64,000 bases of DNA from Octopus bimaculoides (Eukaryota): positions 66,031,621-66,095,620 of the forward strand of contig NC_068991.1 of assembly GCF_001194135.2 (NCBI RefSeq), read 5' to 3'. The notes under the pieces were generated by a model. That model had not been told where the DNA came from. It did not search any database and saw only the letters and a list, made by a program, of their open reading frames with translations. Shown here in pieces: positions 38,216 to 52,800 of this stretch. Both the position numbers and the translations under genes were made by a program. Position 1 is the stretch's first letter. Each line of letters starts with the position of its first letter.

Positions 38216-40130
38216 GAGTATGGTGGTAGGGAGAAGTTTGCTTCACAACTATGCGGTCTTGAAATCAATGCCATCACAAGGTACCTGGGGCATGTGTCTT
38301 CTACTATTGCCTCAGCTGACCAATGCTTTATGAGTGAAACTGGTAGAGAAAAACTGTATGGAAGCCCCTCCACTGTGTATACATACATACCCACACACAT
38401 ACGTGTGTGGGTATGTGCATGAAGGTTGTCATTTCTAATTCTCACACGAGATAATCTGAGTATATAAAAAAAATATGGTGTTACTGAGTTTCCATTTTTG
38501 ATACTCATTATATCCTGTAGCTTTGCAACCACTAAATAGTGGAAAAGGGTGGCAAAAGGGAGCCCAACCAGCCCTAAAAATAGTGCCTCTACTGAGAACC
38601 CACCCAGCCTATGCCACCTCAGAAAAATGGACATCAAACAATATATGTATATATATATATATATCGTTGTCGTTTAATGTCCGCTTTCCATGCTAGCATG
38701 GGTTGGACGATTGGACTGAGGACTGGTGAACCAGATGGCTACACCAGGCTCCAATCTGATTTGGCAGAGTTTCTACAGCTGGATGCCCTTCCTAACGCCA
38801 ACCACTGAGAGAGTGTAGTCGGTGCTTTTACATGCCACTGGCAAGAAGGCGAATCAGGCGGTACTGGCTACGGCCACGCTCAAAAAGGTGTATTTTACGT
38901 GCCATCTACACAGGAGCCAGTCCAGCGGCACTGGCAACAATCTCGCTTGAATGTCTTTACACGTGCATATATATATATATTATAAATGAGCTTTCTCACA
39001 CACACTAGTATATAAAGCTTATCTGAATAATTGAACTTTTATATTGTCTACAATTATTACTGAATAGGTGGATGGCTTCATCTTAACACAGTCTTGAAAT
39101 CAGAAGCTGTAACATCATTTTGAACTATGTGAATAATACAGCATCATATTACACTGTAGTATAATATGTAAGAAGAAACGACAACAACCGAAGAGCTAAT
39201 CAACAAATAATTAGATTTCATAGTTTTGATGGATGCACTAAAGAAGGGGACGCTAATAATTAAGAAACTGTTCATCAAGTGATGAACATAAAATCCAATC
39301 AAGATTTTGACAGCAAACAGTTTTATGTACTTCAAATCGATAAACCTTGAGAAATAAGTAATTCAAAAAAAATTTTATGCTACATTATTTAAACTAATCA
39401 CAAAGGAAGAAAGAAATTATAAAATCTCATTCCATGACCAAGTAATTTGTTCTGTTTGCTGCTTGTTATAATCAGATGTAACTATGAAGTGGGACAGTCA
39501 TTGCTTCTGGATAGCAATGAATGAATAATAAACAACGATGAGATATAAGCAGAAATACAAGGACTAGGAGGTTTAAATCATAAGATCTAGAGCTTAAGCT
39601 TTACATCAGCCATCATGCTCCGTGCCAGTTGAATTAACAAGAAATTACTGCAAATACCCAAGTTTGTAAAAAAAAAAATTTAAAAAATGTCCCATCCATT
39701 CTATCACAACAAAAGGGGGGGGGGAAAGAAATAATGAATAAAAGTATTAAAAAAATATAGAAATGGAAAAAAACAATGTCTGTAAAGTTAAGTCATCTGT
39801 GGTTTGAATTTTGCTCTAGACATTGAGTCATACCTTGTTGAAAGTCACACAACACGTTGTACAACTGACAATTGATACCAGTCATTATCTGGCAATTGGA
39901 TGGTGAGTGTTAGAAAGAACATGCAGCTGTGGGGGATGGGGAGGGAGACAATAGCTCCGCTTCATGTTGTCAGTCACTACTACTGTTAGTGAAGTTGAAG
40001 ATCTGGTGGAGTTGATATACAGAATAGATATTTACAGGTCTTCCATTTGTCAGTTGAAAAACGTGAAGACCAATGCTCAATAGCCTGCCAAAGCTCTCTT
40101 AGAATGTTAAACTGGAATAACATAGTATTA

Positions 40131-40168
<38 letters not shown>

Positions 40169-43100
40169 GCTGCTGTTGTTAATGTTACAAGTAAGATGGA
40201 TATAATGCAATGAAACAAAGATTGTCAGTCTTGAAAAAAAAAGTAACAGTGTTAGATAGATGATGTGTTTAATTCTGATGGCTGAGATAGAAGTTTCAAG
40301 TGGAATAAAAGATATATTAAAAAATGGTTCAGATGTAGAGTTGGCATAATACCAAAAAATTTGAAAGAGCAGAAGGTATTTTAGAAGAAATTTTGAGAGA
40401 CACAGCAGTTGGGCCTTAGCTATTTCGTAGGTATCTTTATTTATTTTTTTTTTGTTTATTCAAGGCCTTGAACAGTCTAGAAAAATTGTTACATTTGCAT
40501 TTTTATTGTGCGAGTCTGACCAAGCTATTCTGGAAATGCCAAGGTTTCCTATGAGTCAATAATAACTACTGGCCTCACAAAGATCACCCAACAGAAAATC
40601 AGAGTGTGCCTAGAACAACAATTATTTCAAACAGGTCAAAGTCAGCTATAAACCACATTCCCATCAATATTTAGCCGATTTCTTCTAAACAGAAAAGGGT
40701 TTGATGGTTCTGAAAATATTTACTCTTCCATGTTTTTTACAGTTGATAACCTAGTCTCACCCTGACGGCTTACGGGAAACATCCATTTCCAGCTAATGTT
40801 GATTTGCTTCATAATCCTTGCTTTACTTATTTTGGCACAAGGCCTGCAATTCTCAGTGTTCAACTGTTACTTATTTTATCAACCCTGAAAGGATGAAAAG
40901 CAAAGTCTCAGCAGTATTTGAATCCAGACAAAATGCTGCTCGGCATTTTCTCCAGCATGCTAACAATTCTGTCAGCTTGCCTGCCTTATGGATTTACTTC
41001 CTAATACAGTACACTGTCACCCACAAGGTTTGAACCTACGATTTAAAGCAGTTAAGAATATAAGTAGCAAGAACAAAAATGTTTTTTGTATCTCTCTTAC
41101 CCCAGAGACAGAGAGTCAAATAACAACTAACTAGAGTAATCAAAATGGTTTAGGAGGAATTTAAGAAAGCATTGTTATGAAGGAGTGGCTATGTGATAAG
41201 AAGCTTCGCTTCCCAACCACATGGTTCTGGGTTCAATCCTACTATATGGCACCTTGGACATCTACTATAGCCACAGGCCAACCAAAGTCTTGTAAGCCAC
41301 CGTATATACCATATGCATGTGTGTCTTTGTGCTTGTGTTTGGCCTCCACCAATGCTTGACAATCAGTGTTGGTGTGTTTACAACCCTGTAACTTAGTAGT
41401 TCAGCAAAAGAGACTGATAGAATAAGTACCAGGCTTAAACAAAATAAGTACAGGGGTTGATTCAAGTAAAATTCTTGAAGGTGGTGCCCCAGCATGGCCA
41501 CAGTCTAATGATTGAAACAAAGACAGAAGATACCATTGCTAGGAGATGTTTTTAGCAGATATTTGAACCAATAACATACAAGTTAGCAATCCATGGATGA
41601 GTTCGGCCTACAAGTTAAAAGGTCCATTGGTCACAAAGTGATAATTATTTCTAACATAGGTAGAAGGACAGAAATTTGGTGGGGAGGGAATAATCAATAA
41701 TATCAATCCCGGTAAGATGAAAGGTAAAGCTGACCTGAGTGTGATTTGAAACCAACACATAAAGAGCTGTAATTAAACAGCACAAGGCATTTTGGCCAAT
41801 ACTCTTAATGGTTCTGCCATCGTAAGTAACACCAAGTCTAAATCCAATAAAGTATTGGGATTGATATAGCATTGAAGATGGTCTAAAAAAGGGGTAGAGA
41901 GAAGCAGATATTATTTCTTGTGTAAACCATAGGCCTGTTCTAGTAATGGAAAGATAATGATTATAATGGTGAAATAAGAAGTCTCATGGTGTTGAAAGAA
42001 TCAAGAGTGTTGGAGAGAAATAGAAGTTCACAATGATTTTAAACACATGCACACTGAATTTAGCAGAAGACAGAGTCTTGTCTAGCAACATTAAACACTG
42101 TTAGTAATTATGACATGTAGCCAAAGATTAATATACAAAACCAGCTAAACAACTATTGTAATAGTTCTCATCCAGTCACAAGAAGACCTCTTAAGATATA
42201 TCTTAGTTTAGTGATTGTATGGCATTCATTATGTTCCTTGCTTTCTGACAGCACTAACACAATCATGAAAAAAATGTGAAGACATTATGTAATTACTGAG
42301 AAGAATAGTGCTCCGATTATGTCAATACTATTCTGTAGAAGACGAAGGAGTCTCTTCCAGTTGAGCCACAACTTCTCTGCATTCAGAGGTCACAGCTTCA
42401 GTACTATGAACAGCTGATTAAAATGTCACAGGACAGAAAACTGAGAGGTAGACCAAGAATGAGATGGTTGGATAATGTCCAGTGTTTCAGTTGCCCATAC
42501 TTGGGAATCCAGTCGGAAAATATTATGGACAGGTACTTCTGATAAGACCATTCCAAGGAGATGGCTGAGAACTGTATACCCTGCAACCCTCCCAGGAAGA
42601 GTAATGGTGGAGAAGGAGAAAATGGACCATTTTGTAGAAGTTAAAATTGGAAGTTTCTTCATTTATAATGTAGTCAGTATATAGAATGAATAAAAAGAGA
42701 AACACATATTTAAAACTAAAGGCTATTTACTTTACTAACATGATGTATAATAAATAGCAATATACATATACATATATATATATATATATATATGTATATA
42801 CACAATATTTATACCACAAATGAAACAGCTATAATCACAACCATTATATGTTAGTCAATATTAAACAAATGAAATCATGCAAACAAGATTTATTTTCTCA
42901 AACTTACTCCAACAGACTGGTAACTACAATACAACTGATTCATCAGTATCATAACATTTAAAATAGAAGCTTTAGGAAATGGGATACAGACAAGGATAGT
43001 TTTGAAATTTCTTACTAATTAAGGGAAGTGGTAACAAAAGATAATCCGTCTAAAGCAAATTAAATAATCTTTTTTTTAATTTTAGATTTGTAATTTTCTC

Positions 43101-43518
43101 AAGAATTGAAACTAGACATGACAAATTAGATAAAGATGTTTCATTATTCAGACAGGTTTTTATCAGAGAGTTTAGGTTAGATTTTGAAATCCAAGAAATC
43201 AAAGACACTTCAAAATGAATAGTTTTTTTTTCTTTTGAATCAAAATTTTAAAACAAAGCTAGTATAATAAAGTTAAATAAATGGATAATTTTTCAAGTTA
43301 AAATATATTTACATCAATACACAATAATTTTTTTTAAAAAAACCATTGTCATAAATAACTCATTTTTTAAAATTTTTCTTTATGTAAAGTACATAAAGAA
43401 TCACTGATTTGGTATAGTTTGAAGTGTCTGTGGTTTGAAACTGATATAATAATCATGTCAGGAGCAATAAGGAAGCTAAAGAAGGAGCAGTTATGGCAGG
43501 AAAGAAGCAAGGTCAGGT

Positions 43519-43563
<45 letters not shown>

Positions 43564-46500
43564 AAAGTAGTAGTAGTAGCAGTCTGGACATCATATGGTA
43601 AGTGAACAACATAAAGAGTAATGAAAAGAAGAGGAGCTTACTGACTTGAGAATCTACAGTGGCTTTACCCAACAGATTTGGTGCAGGAACTCTGGAAAAC
43701 AAGAAAACTTCATGAGCATAAAGATATAAATAGAAAATTGGTTTCATTTTTTTAATTATTTTTTTATACTTTTTATTATTATTATTATTATTATTCTGTT
43801 TAGGTGCCCCTGTGTTGGATGCTACATATGAAGCTGTCAGAGTACATCAGCAGGATTAGTTAAGAGTCACACTCAATGCCCAAATGCTGCAGTGGCTTCT
43901 TACTCCTTGAACTGTTTATGTAGTTTGTGGTTTTTACTGAAGCCCAAGAAATTGCATTTAGGAGAGCGTCAGTGGATATGTCTCTGTTGACTGCTAGCCA
44001 AGGTCCCTGAAGTGTAGGCTGCCTTCGGTCACAGATACCTGGTTGTTGGTCTTCTTGAGATCCCTCCACCTGTCTGATGGTGCAATGTCAACACCACCAT
44101 CCTTCAATGTGGTTTAGTCTGCCAAGTGAAGCAATGCACTAGGTTGTGGCACTTGGAGTCAACGCATGAGGGATTTAGAGATTTAGATTTTTGATTTAGG
44201 CAGAGGTATATTTTTAGATAATAACATACTCTTACTGCAGAACTTTAATAGTTGTAATTAACATAAGATAATTACACCCCATAGATCAAAGAAAAAAATG
44301 CTAATTATGGAATAGAGACTATTATGTTACGATGAGGAAGTTGGTTAGTGATACCAGTTTAATAATAATTCTTTTTACAACAGGTACAAGGCCTGAAATT
44401 TTGTGGGACAAAAGGGTAATTCGATTTCACTGACCCCAATGCTCTATCGATATTTCATTGACCCCCAAAAGATGACAGGCAAAGTCAACCTTGGAAGAAT
44501 TTGAATGAAATACCACTAAACATTTTGTCCAGCATGCTAACGATTTTGCGAGTTTAATAATAATAACCCTTTCTACTTTAGGCACAGGGCCTGAAATTTT
44601 GACGGAAGGGGCCAGTCAATTTGATCATCCCCAGTATGAAAGGATGAAATGCAAAATCAACCTTGGCGGAATTTGAACTCAGAATATAGCAAGGGGTGAA
44701 ATACTTCGTCCGGCATGCTAACATTTCTGCCAGCTTGCTGCCTTAAGTAGTTGTAGTAATAATAATAATAATAATAATACTACTACAGTATCTCACTGAA
44801 ATTAATTTACTTAAAGAAATAAGTATTATGTAATGAAGACTTTTCATGCAAAAGCAACAAAATCTCCAACACAATTGAGCTATCAATTATTTTTTAATTG
44901 CTTTCAATTTCTGGACACTGGCCACGCTGGAATAATGACTTTTTGTTATTTTTAGTTGAAACCAATTCTAGTAATTTGTCTGGTACTCGTTTTATTGATC
45001 TGACAAGGAAGAATAGTTTAGGGCCACTTTAAAATAAAGGGACATAACTTCTACCAAATACTATTTTATTTCAACACAGACTTTTTGACCATCCCTCACT
45101 GATATACGTGAATGGTTTCTGCACGATTTCCACCAGCCAGTAATATTTTCAGTACTTCACTATATCAATATAATAATCTAATCGCTTTTAGCCCATCTAT
45201 AAACCATAACCCTTATATATATATATATATAGTAATTATAATAATAACAATAATCCTAGGATGATATTTATAAATATTTACTATAAAACTTTGACATCAG
45301 AGTCGGTATCCTTGGGATTTGTACAATATAGTCTGTATTACCCATATTATGATCAACTGGATCCCACGGATAATACGCACTATACTGTACTAATCCCATG
45401 ACACCCACTCTGATGTCAAAATCATGTGATTCGTAGAAACGTGTGTAGCAATGTATTAAATATTTATAAATTCCATCCTATAACTATAGCTATTATTATA
45501 CTTATCTTACATTACAACTATGATGCAACCCCGAAAAACTGACTTACTAGTCAGTATCATTAGATGGCAGACGGCATAATGAAATGGGAGCTTTATTTGC
45601 ATACCCCTAATGTTACCTTAAATTTAATACATACATAAATATCACTAACACACCTTTATCTTTCACTTGCATTAGTCACAAGGCAGCAATCATGCTGGAG
45701 CACTCTCTTCAAGGGTCTTAATGAAACAAATTGACTCCAGTACTTATTTTAAAAGCTGATACTTATGCTATCAGGCTCTTTTGCCAAATCACTGAGTAAC
45801 AGGGTTCTAAACAAACCAACACCAGTTTTCAAGCAGTGGTGGAGAGACAAACACAAAGACACATACAGTTATTTATATATATATACATACATACACATTA
45901 CAATGGGCTTCTTTCAGTTTCTGTTTATCAAATCCACTCACAAGGCTTTATTTGAAGACACTTGCCCAGGGTGCTACACAGTGTAACTGAACCCAGAACC
46001 GTGTGGTTGAAAGCGAGCTTCTTACCACACAGCCATGCCTGTGGCTGTGTCTGCATTTATATATATATATATTGTTGGTTAATTTATATATATATATATA
46101 TATATGGTTCAGTTAATGTCTGTTATTCTATGCTGGAAAGAGCTGGACAAGGATTTGAGACAACATTTTATACCTAAATGTTTTTCCTGCCACCAAGCCT
46201 TACCTGTTTTTCAAGAAAAGAAACTATTTTTTTTATTCCATATGTTTTCCAAAGTGCAGAGCAACCAGTTATATTATCAGTATATGTCAATATCATTCCC
46301 CATTTTATCCAAGCAAAACTATGGAAAGTCAACATTGATGCAGATTCATACAACATACACTTATATATATGAGATCCAGAGTTTCTCAGTAGAGAAGACA
46401 CTTAGAAGTGCTGAAATGATTCAAACTTAGACTCCAATGTTTTTACAGGTGATAAATGACTATAGGTGATAAATGACTATTACAGGTGATAAACGACTAT

Positions 46501-46752
46501 AAGAGGGATCAAGTTGAGAAAATATAGAGGCAATTAAGCAGATAAACAAATTAGATATATTAAATATAACAGTTTGTATATGAAATACAAAATATGTATA
46601 TATGTATACATGCAAAACATGAGAAAACAGAAAGTGGAGACTTTCAGACAATGAATATTTAAGTATAAACATCTATATTAATAGACCCAAATTGTTATAT
46701 TTAATATACCTAATTTGTTTATCCACATAACTGACTTCTCTCTATCTCTTTA

Positions 46753-46812
<60 letters not shown>

Positions 46813-49800
46813 TATGATGGGCTTCCTATAATTTCCACCATCAAAATTCACTCACAAGGTATTCGTCAGTTCAAGGCTGTAAGTATGCGTTGTGCAGTGG
46901 GACTGAACCCAAAACCACGTGGTTTGGAAACCTACTTCTTAACCACACACACACATACCTGTATAATAAAACCACATAAATACCTGCTATCTTTGGTCTT
47001 TGGGGTAGAAACTGCTGATCCAGTTGATGTAGTCGGTGTAGTTGTAGTAGTAGTAGTAGCACTAGCAGATGTAGTGGTTGTAGTCTCCGTAGTAGATCCC
47101 GTTGCAGGTTTATTGCTGTCAGAATCTGAGTGTGAGTCCTCAGCACTAGATGAAAGACTAGCTCGTCTGTAGCGTTTTATTACAGGTTTTGGAAGTACTT
47201 GTGCTGGTTGTACAGGACTTTTTGACTTAGAACGGGGTCTGAAGAACATAAAATAAAATTATTAATAGATTAAAAAAACCAACTGAAGATTTTATTTTCC
47301 CTATCAACATACTTTAAAAATGTACTAATAAATACTGGAAACCGGGTTGCCAAATTAAAATTCGCTTGATAAGACATGTCAAACTAAGTAAAATTGTGGT
47401 CTTCCACACATGCAGGCTTGTCCTTTCAGGTGCCAGTGCTGCATAAATGCACCTGTGCTGATGACACATAAAAAGCACCCAGTACACTCTGTTAAGTGGT
47501 TGGCATTAGGAAGGGCATTCAGTTATAGAAACCATGCGTCAACAGACAGCTGGAGTCTGGATAGCTCCTTGCTAGCCAGCTCCATGTCAAACTGTCCAAC
47601 CCATGCCAGCATAGAAAGTGGACGTCAAAACACTGATAATAAGCAAAATATTCTTTGACTTAGAAACAGAATTAGCTAATGAAAAATTGCCCTATTAGCT
47701 AAAGATACAGTTACTAGAAATGCATTGTTTGAAGTATTATTATGACAATAAATTTAAAAATAAAAATCCTTCTTTTCAAATTAAACTGAAGTTAATTTAA
47801 TAAACTGGTCAATCATGAAGAAGTTGTGATTATCTTCATCCACTTCTGTAAAGCATTTGATTCCATCAACAAGAATGTTATGCTTAAGATCTTAAGTGCT
47901 TATGGTGTTCTGGATTTCATTGTTGAAGCCAAACATATGTATGTCAATACTTCATCTACAGTGGTTACTCCCTAAAGAGAAACTGATTATTTGAGGTAAA
48001 CACTGGGAGTCCTACAGAGTGATCCTTTGGCTCCCTCTCTCTTCACTGTGACTCTGGATTATACTCTGAGAAGTGCCATTATACTATCAGAACATGCATT
48101 TGCAGATGATATCTGCCTCCTTGAAGATAACTTTTCAGCAGTCCAGTATTTACTCCATTATGTAGAGAGAGCTGCCTCGGAACTTTGTTCTTGAATGCAT
48201 CAAAAACAAAGTACATACACCTAATCCCATCTATCCTCTCCTCCATTGTGTTCACTTGATGGAACCAAAATTGAAAAAGTTGAAGAGTTCAAGTACTTGG
48301 GTGGCTACACCAATACTCCCTTTGATGTCTCTACCAGTAATCAGTCAAGCCTGGGGGGGTTTTATACACTCTCTTTGTAAAATCAGAATTGCACAAGTCA
48401 ACTGATCCACCAAAATCAGGGTTTTCAAAGCCCCTGTGGAATCAATCCACCTTTATGGCTGAGTCATGGGCTCTGACATCTGCACTAACAAGGAAGCTAG
48501 ATGCTAACTACATTCACCTCTTAATATCTCTTGGTAGTCGCACACAACTAATAAAATCTTATATGGGCGTCTTCTGAAGATTTCAATTCTCATACGAAAG
48601 AACTGTCTAGCTCTCACTGGACATGTAAAGAGATGTAGTGAATATTACTGTCCCCGCTGATGTTACACGTAAACGTGGTCGCCTGAACCTGACCCTCAAG
48701 AAAATAATTGAGAAAGACGTCGAACTACATGACAGCGACTTGAACGCGATGCAGGCCCGCAATACATGGAAGTATCACCTCGTGGTATCACCCATTAAAG
48801 TTGGACGAATTAAGAAAAAAAAAACGAAGAGAAAAAACACGAGACGGATAGCTACCAATTGCTTCAGGGGAGGTAACTTTATTAACATACCAATGAACAC
48901 TACAATTTGTCAATTAGGTTGCAAGGCTCTTCTTACTTTTAAGTCATGAAAGATCCTTTTCCTTTATTGTATTCAACACTCCATTAGAGAATAAAATTAA
49001 ACAGGATAACAATGTCTCATAGCCATTTCTATCAAACCAATAGTAAGTTTAATAATGCATAGTAATTATGGCATCAGGAGCTGGCAGGTGGGGAAAATAT
49101 GCCTATACTGACACTTTATATATATATAAATATACACGAGGGGTGTATGAAAAGTTTCGAGCCTTAAAGTCTTGTACCATGTTTTGTTTTTTGAGGCTCA
49201 AGACTTATCATACACCCTTCGTATGTATATATATATACTGGACTGGCTCCCGTGCAGGTGGCATGTAAAAAACACCTTTTTGAACGTGGCCGTTGCCAGT
49301 ACAGTGTGACTGGTCCTCGTGTCGGTGGCACGTAAAAGCACCCACTTCACTCTCAGAGTGGTTGGCGTTAGGAAGGGCATCCAGCTGTAGAAACTCTGCC
49401 AGATCAGATTGGAGACTGGTGCAGCTTTCTGGCTTGCCAGTCTCCAGTCAAATCATCCAACCCATGCTAGCATGGAAAGCAGATATTAAACGATGATGAT
49501 AATCTTTCCTGAGTGTCTTATATTTACATAACTACTATCCTACACAACCAAAACAGACAGAAATCAACTCTTATGAAATTTTGCAAACATATCCAGGAGT
49601 GTTTAATAGCTAGATGTCTTTCTTGAGGCTGATAACAACCCAGAATTGGAAAAATTGATGAAAATATTTCTAATAAAACTTACTTTGCTTTGGGCTGAGG
49701 AGAATGTGTCTTAGAGCGAGATTTTGAGTGGGAACTTGGTGATTTAGACCGTGATGATGACCTCGAACGAGAGGAACGAGAAGATTTACTTGAACGTGAG

Positions 49801-52800
49801 CGAGACCGTCGCCTTGCTTGATACCGACTGCGCTGGTTACGTGAACCACGGTCATTATAGTAATTGGAATGAGACCGTCTCCATTCTCTGGACCGCGATC
49901 TAGATCGACTGCGCGATCGAGTATGCCGCCACCTGTCTCGTCTGTAATTATTAGTGTGACTTCTTGGATTTGAACGTGACCGAGATCTGGACGCAGAACG
50001 TGAACGGCTTCGCCTCCGACGATATTTCGATTGTGTGTGTGCTGGAGATCTACTGCGATGCCGATATCGATTAGAACTTGAAGAGGTCTTTCGGTTGAAT
50101 CGTGAGCTTTTCCTAAGGGAAGAATGAAACAGAATAACATGAAAAGGATAATGTTATAGCTGGGATTAACACATTAACTGTAAAAATATTCTTACTACTT
50201 GGAATGATACATAATAGTTACAATAATGCTATTGCTGACAAGCACCCAAAAACACCCACTACACTCTCGGAGTGGTTGGCATTAGGAAGGGCATCCAGCT
50301 GTAGAAACTCTGTCAAATCAGATTGGAGCCTGGTGTAGCCATCTGGTTTCACCAGTCCTCAGTCAAATCGTCCAACCCATGCTAGCATGGAAAGTGGACG
50401 TTAAACGACGACGATGATGATGATGATGATACAATGAATACCATCATGCCATTATCACTCAGCATCTACATTTCTATGCTAGTATGGGTTAGACAGAATG
50501 TGTTCAGGCAGATTTTCTAGTCAGCTCTTTTCTTGTTACCAAGCAAGGTAACATTTCCACTTGGCCAGACATTTTTCCACAGAAGAATGAGAATGAGCCT
50601 CACTTGTTTGCCAATGACGCTCATTTACAAACATCACATGATGTCGAGACAAGGGTAAACACAAACACGACAGGCTTCTTTCAGTTTCCATCTACCAAAT
50701 TCACTCACATAGCTTTGGTCAGCCTGGGGCTATAGCAGAAGACACTTGCCCAAGGTGCCACACAGTGGGACTGAACCTGAGACCTCATGGTTGGGAAGCT
50801 GGGAATATAATCCTATAGTAAGTACCACATGATAACAGAGAATGAAACAGTATTGGAACGATTATGACATGCAGACCACAACATGCATAGCAGAATAAAT
50901 GTAACACCAAATGTGGTGATAGAACCAGTGTTTTGTAAGTTCAATGCAAAAAAAAAAGAAAAAAAATTACATTTAACAAAAGGAGAAATTTTGCTTTGGA
51001 AGGACTATAAAAATCCCTTCGCTAGTATTTTATTATAATTAATTTTATGAAATAAACAAACTTGTTCGAAAAACATGCTGACCATGGTGGATTCCGTGAA
51101 CTACTTCCTCCTGTTGTTGAACTACTGACTCCTTTAGTGGACAGACGATCACTGTGACTGTGGGAATGAGACTGAGTTGTAGAACCTACAGCTGCCGCTT
51201 CCTCCTCACTTTCACCACCAAAGCTGGTTATGTACATCACTTTACCAGCATTCTCTGGAGATCGAGAACGAGATTTTGAAGACGATGATGACCTTGAAAG
51301 AGATAAAAACAAGAGAAGATTAAACAGACAATTACTCTTTACTCTTTTACTTGTTTCAGTCATTTGACTGCAGCCATGCTGGAGCACCGCCTTTAGTCGG
51401 GCAAAGCAACCCCAGGACTTATTCTTTGGAAGCCTAGTACTTATTCTATCGGTCTCTTTTGCCGAACCACTAAGTTACAGGGACGTTAACACACCACCAT
51501 CGGTTGTCAAGTGAAGTTGGGGGACAAACACAGACACACAAACATATACACACACATACATATATACGACAGGCTTCTTTCAGTTTCCGTCTACCACTCA
51601 CAAGGCTTTGGTCGACCCGAGGCTATAGTTGAAGACACTTGCCCAAGGTGCCACACAGTGGGACTGAAGCCAGAACCATGTGGTTGGTAGGCAAGCTACT
51701 TACCACACAGCCACTCCTGCGCCTATATATATATATATATATTTTTTTTAATTATATTTAACCCTTTAGCATTCAGATTATTCTACGAAACAATGCTTAT
51801 TTACTTACATTGTTTTGAATTAATTATATATTACCTTATAGCTTTGAAAATTTGATGATGTGATTGTATATTTTTAGCATGACATTGTCAACTAGGTGTG
51901 AGAGGCTAAATCTGACCAGTTTGAGTATAAAACAGGTTAAACATCTGGGTTAGATATGGCTGATTTAAATGCTAAAAAGTTAAGGCAGCCTCAAGATTAA
52001 ATTAATTTTTATTATCTGAAAAACTAATGAGAGAAAAGTGGAAGAAAAGAAGAGCATGTGGTATATGTAAAAGAGAGAATTTACAGTATTTAAGGCAGAG
52101 ACATAGCCAAATGGTTAAGAAGTTCACTTTGCAACTTCATGGTTTTGGGTTCGATCCTACTGCAGGACACCTTTTACTAATTTTTACAGTCATAAGACTG
52201 TGGCCATGCTAAGGCATCACCTTGAAAAATTTTACTTTGATCCCAGCACAAAGTTACAGCAAAACTAGCTGTCAAGTAGTGGTGGTGGATGACAAACATC
52301 CACACCAGTTGTCAAGTAGTAGGAGGACAAACACACACACACACACACACAGAGGTAAGGTATGGGGGAGCGGGGTGCAATGTTGCAGCACATGACTTCA
52401 TCAGTACTTGCTTGGGTTGCCCTGAGCAATCTTCCAAGCAATGTCCCAGCCAATTCCATTCTCTGTGAGACTACTTTCTAATCTGCCATAGACATGTGAC
52501 ATATGGCCAATCAATAAAAGCTGTCACCTTAGCTGGATCCTCAGAGAAGAGGACACAATACACAAGATACAACTCAACACATATTTATGATGGAATTCTT
52601 TCAGTTTCCGTCTATAAAATTTACTCATAAGCCAAGGTTGTCCTGGGGCTATGGTGGAAAACACTTGCTCAAGGTACCAAACGCAAAACTACATGGTTGC
52701 AAAGCAAGCTTCTTAATGACAGGGACAAGCCTGCACCCAGAGGCACAACAATAACATTTTTTTCACTTTTTAGCTTTTCATTGATATTAACAAGCTAAAA

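Noticed and set aside
46445-46502. CRISPR-like or other functional repeat array (also considered for the 15-bp and 35-bp arrays)
   Set aside because: Direct tandem units without unique spacers, in eukaryotic sequence, with no cas genes.
49670-50140. 156-aa minus-strand ORF (MLFCFILPLGKAHD...) as a separate gene
   Set aside because: It is the shifted frame of the CLASRP RS exon; RS codons (CGN/TCN/AGA) tend to stay open when shifted, and the splice phases select the RS frame.
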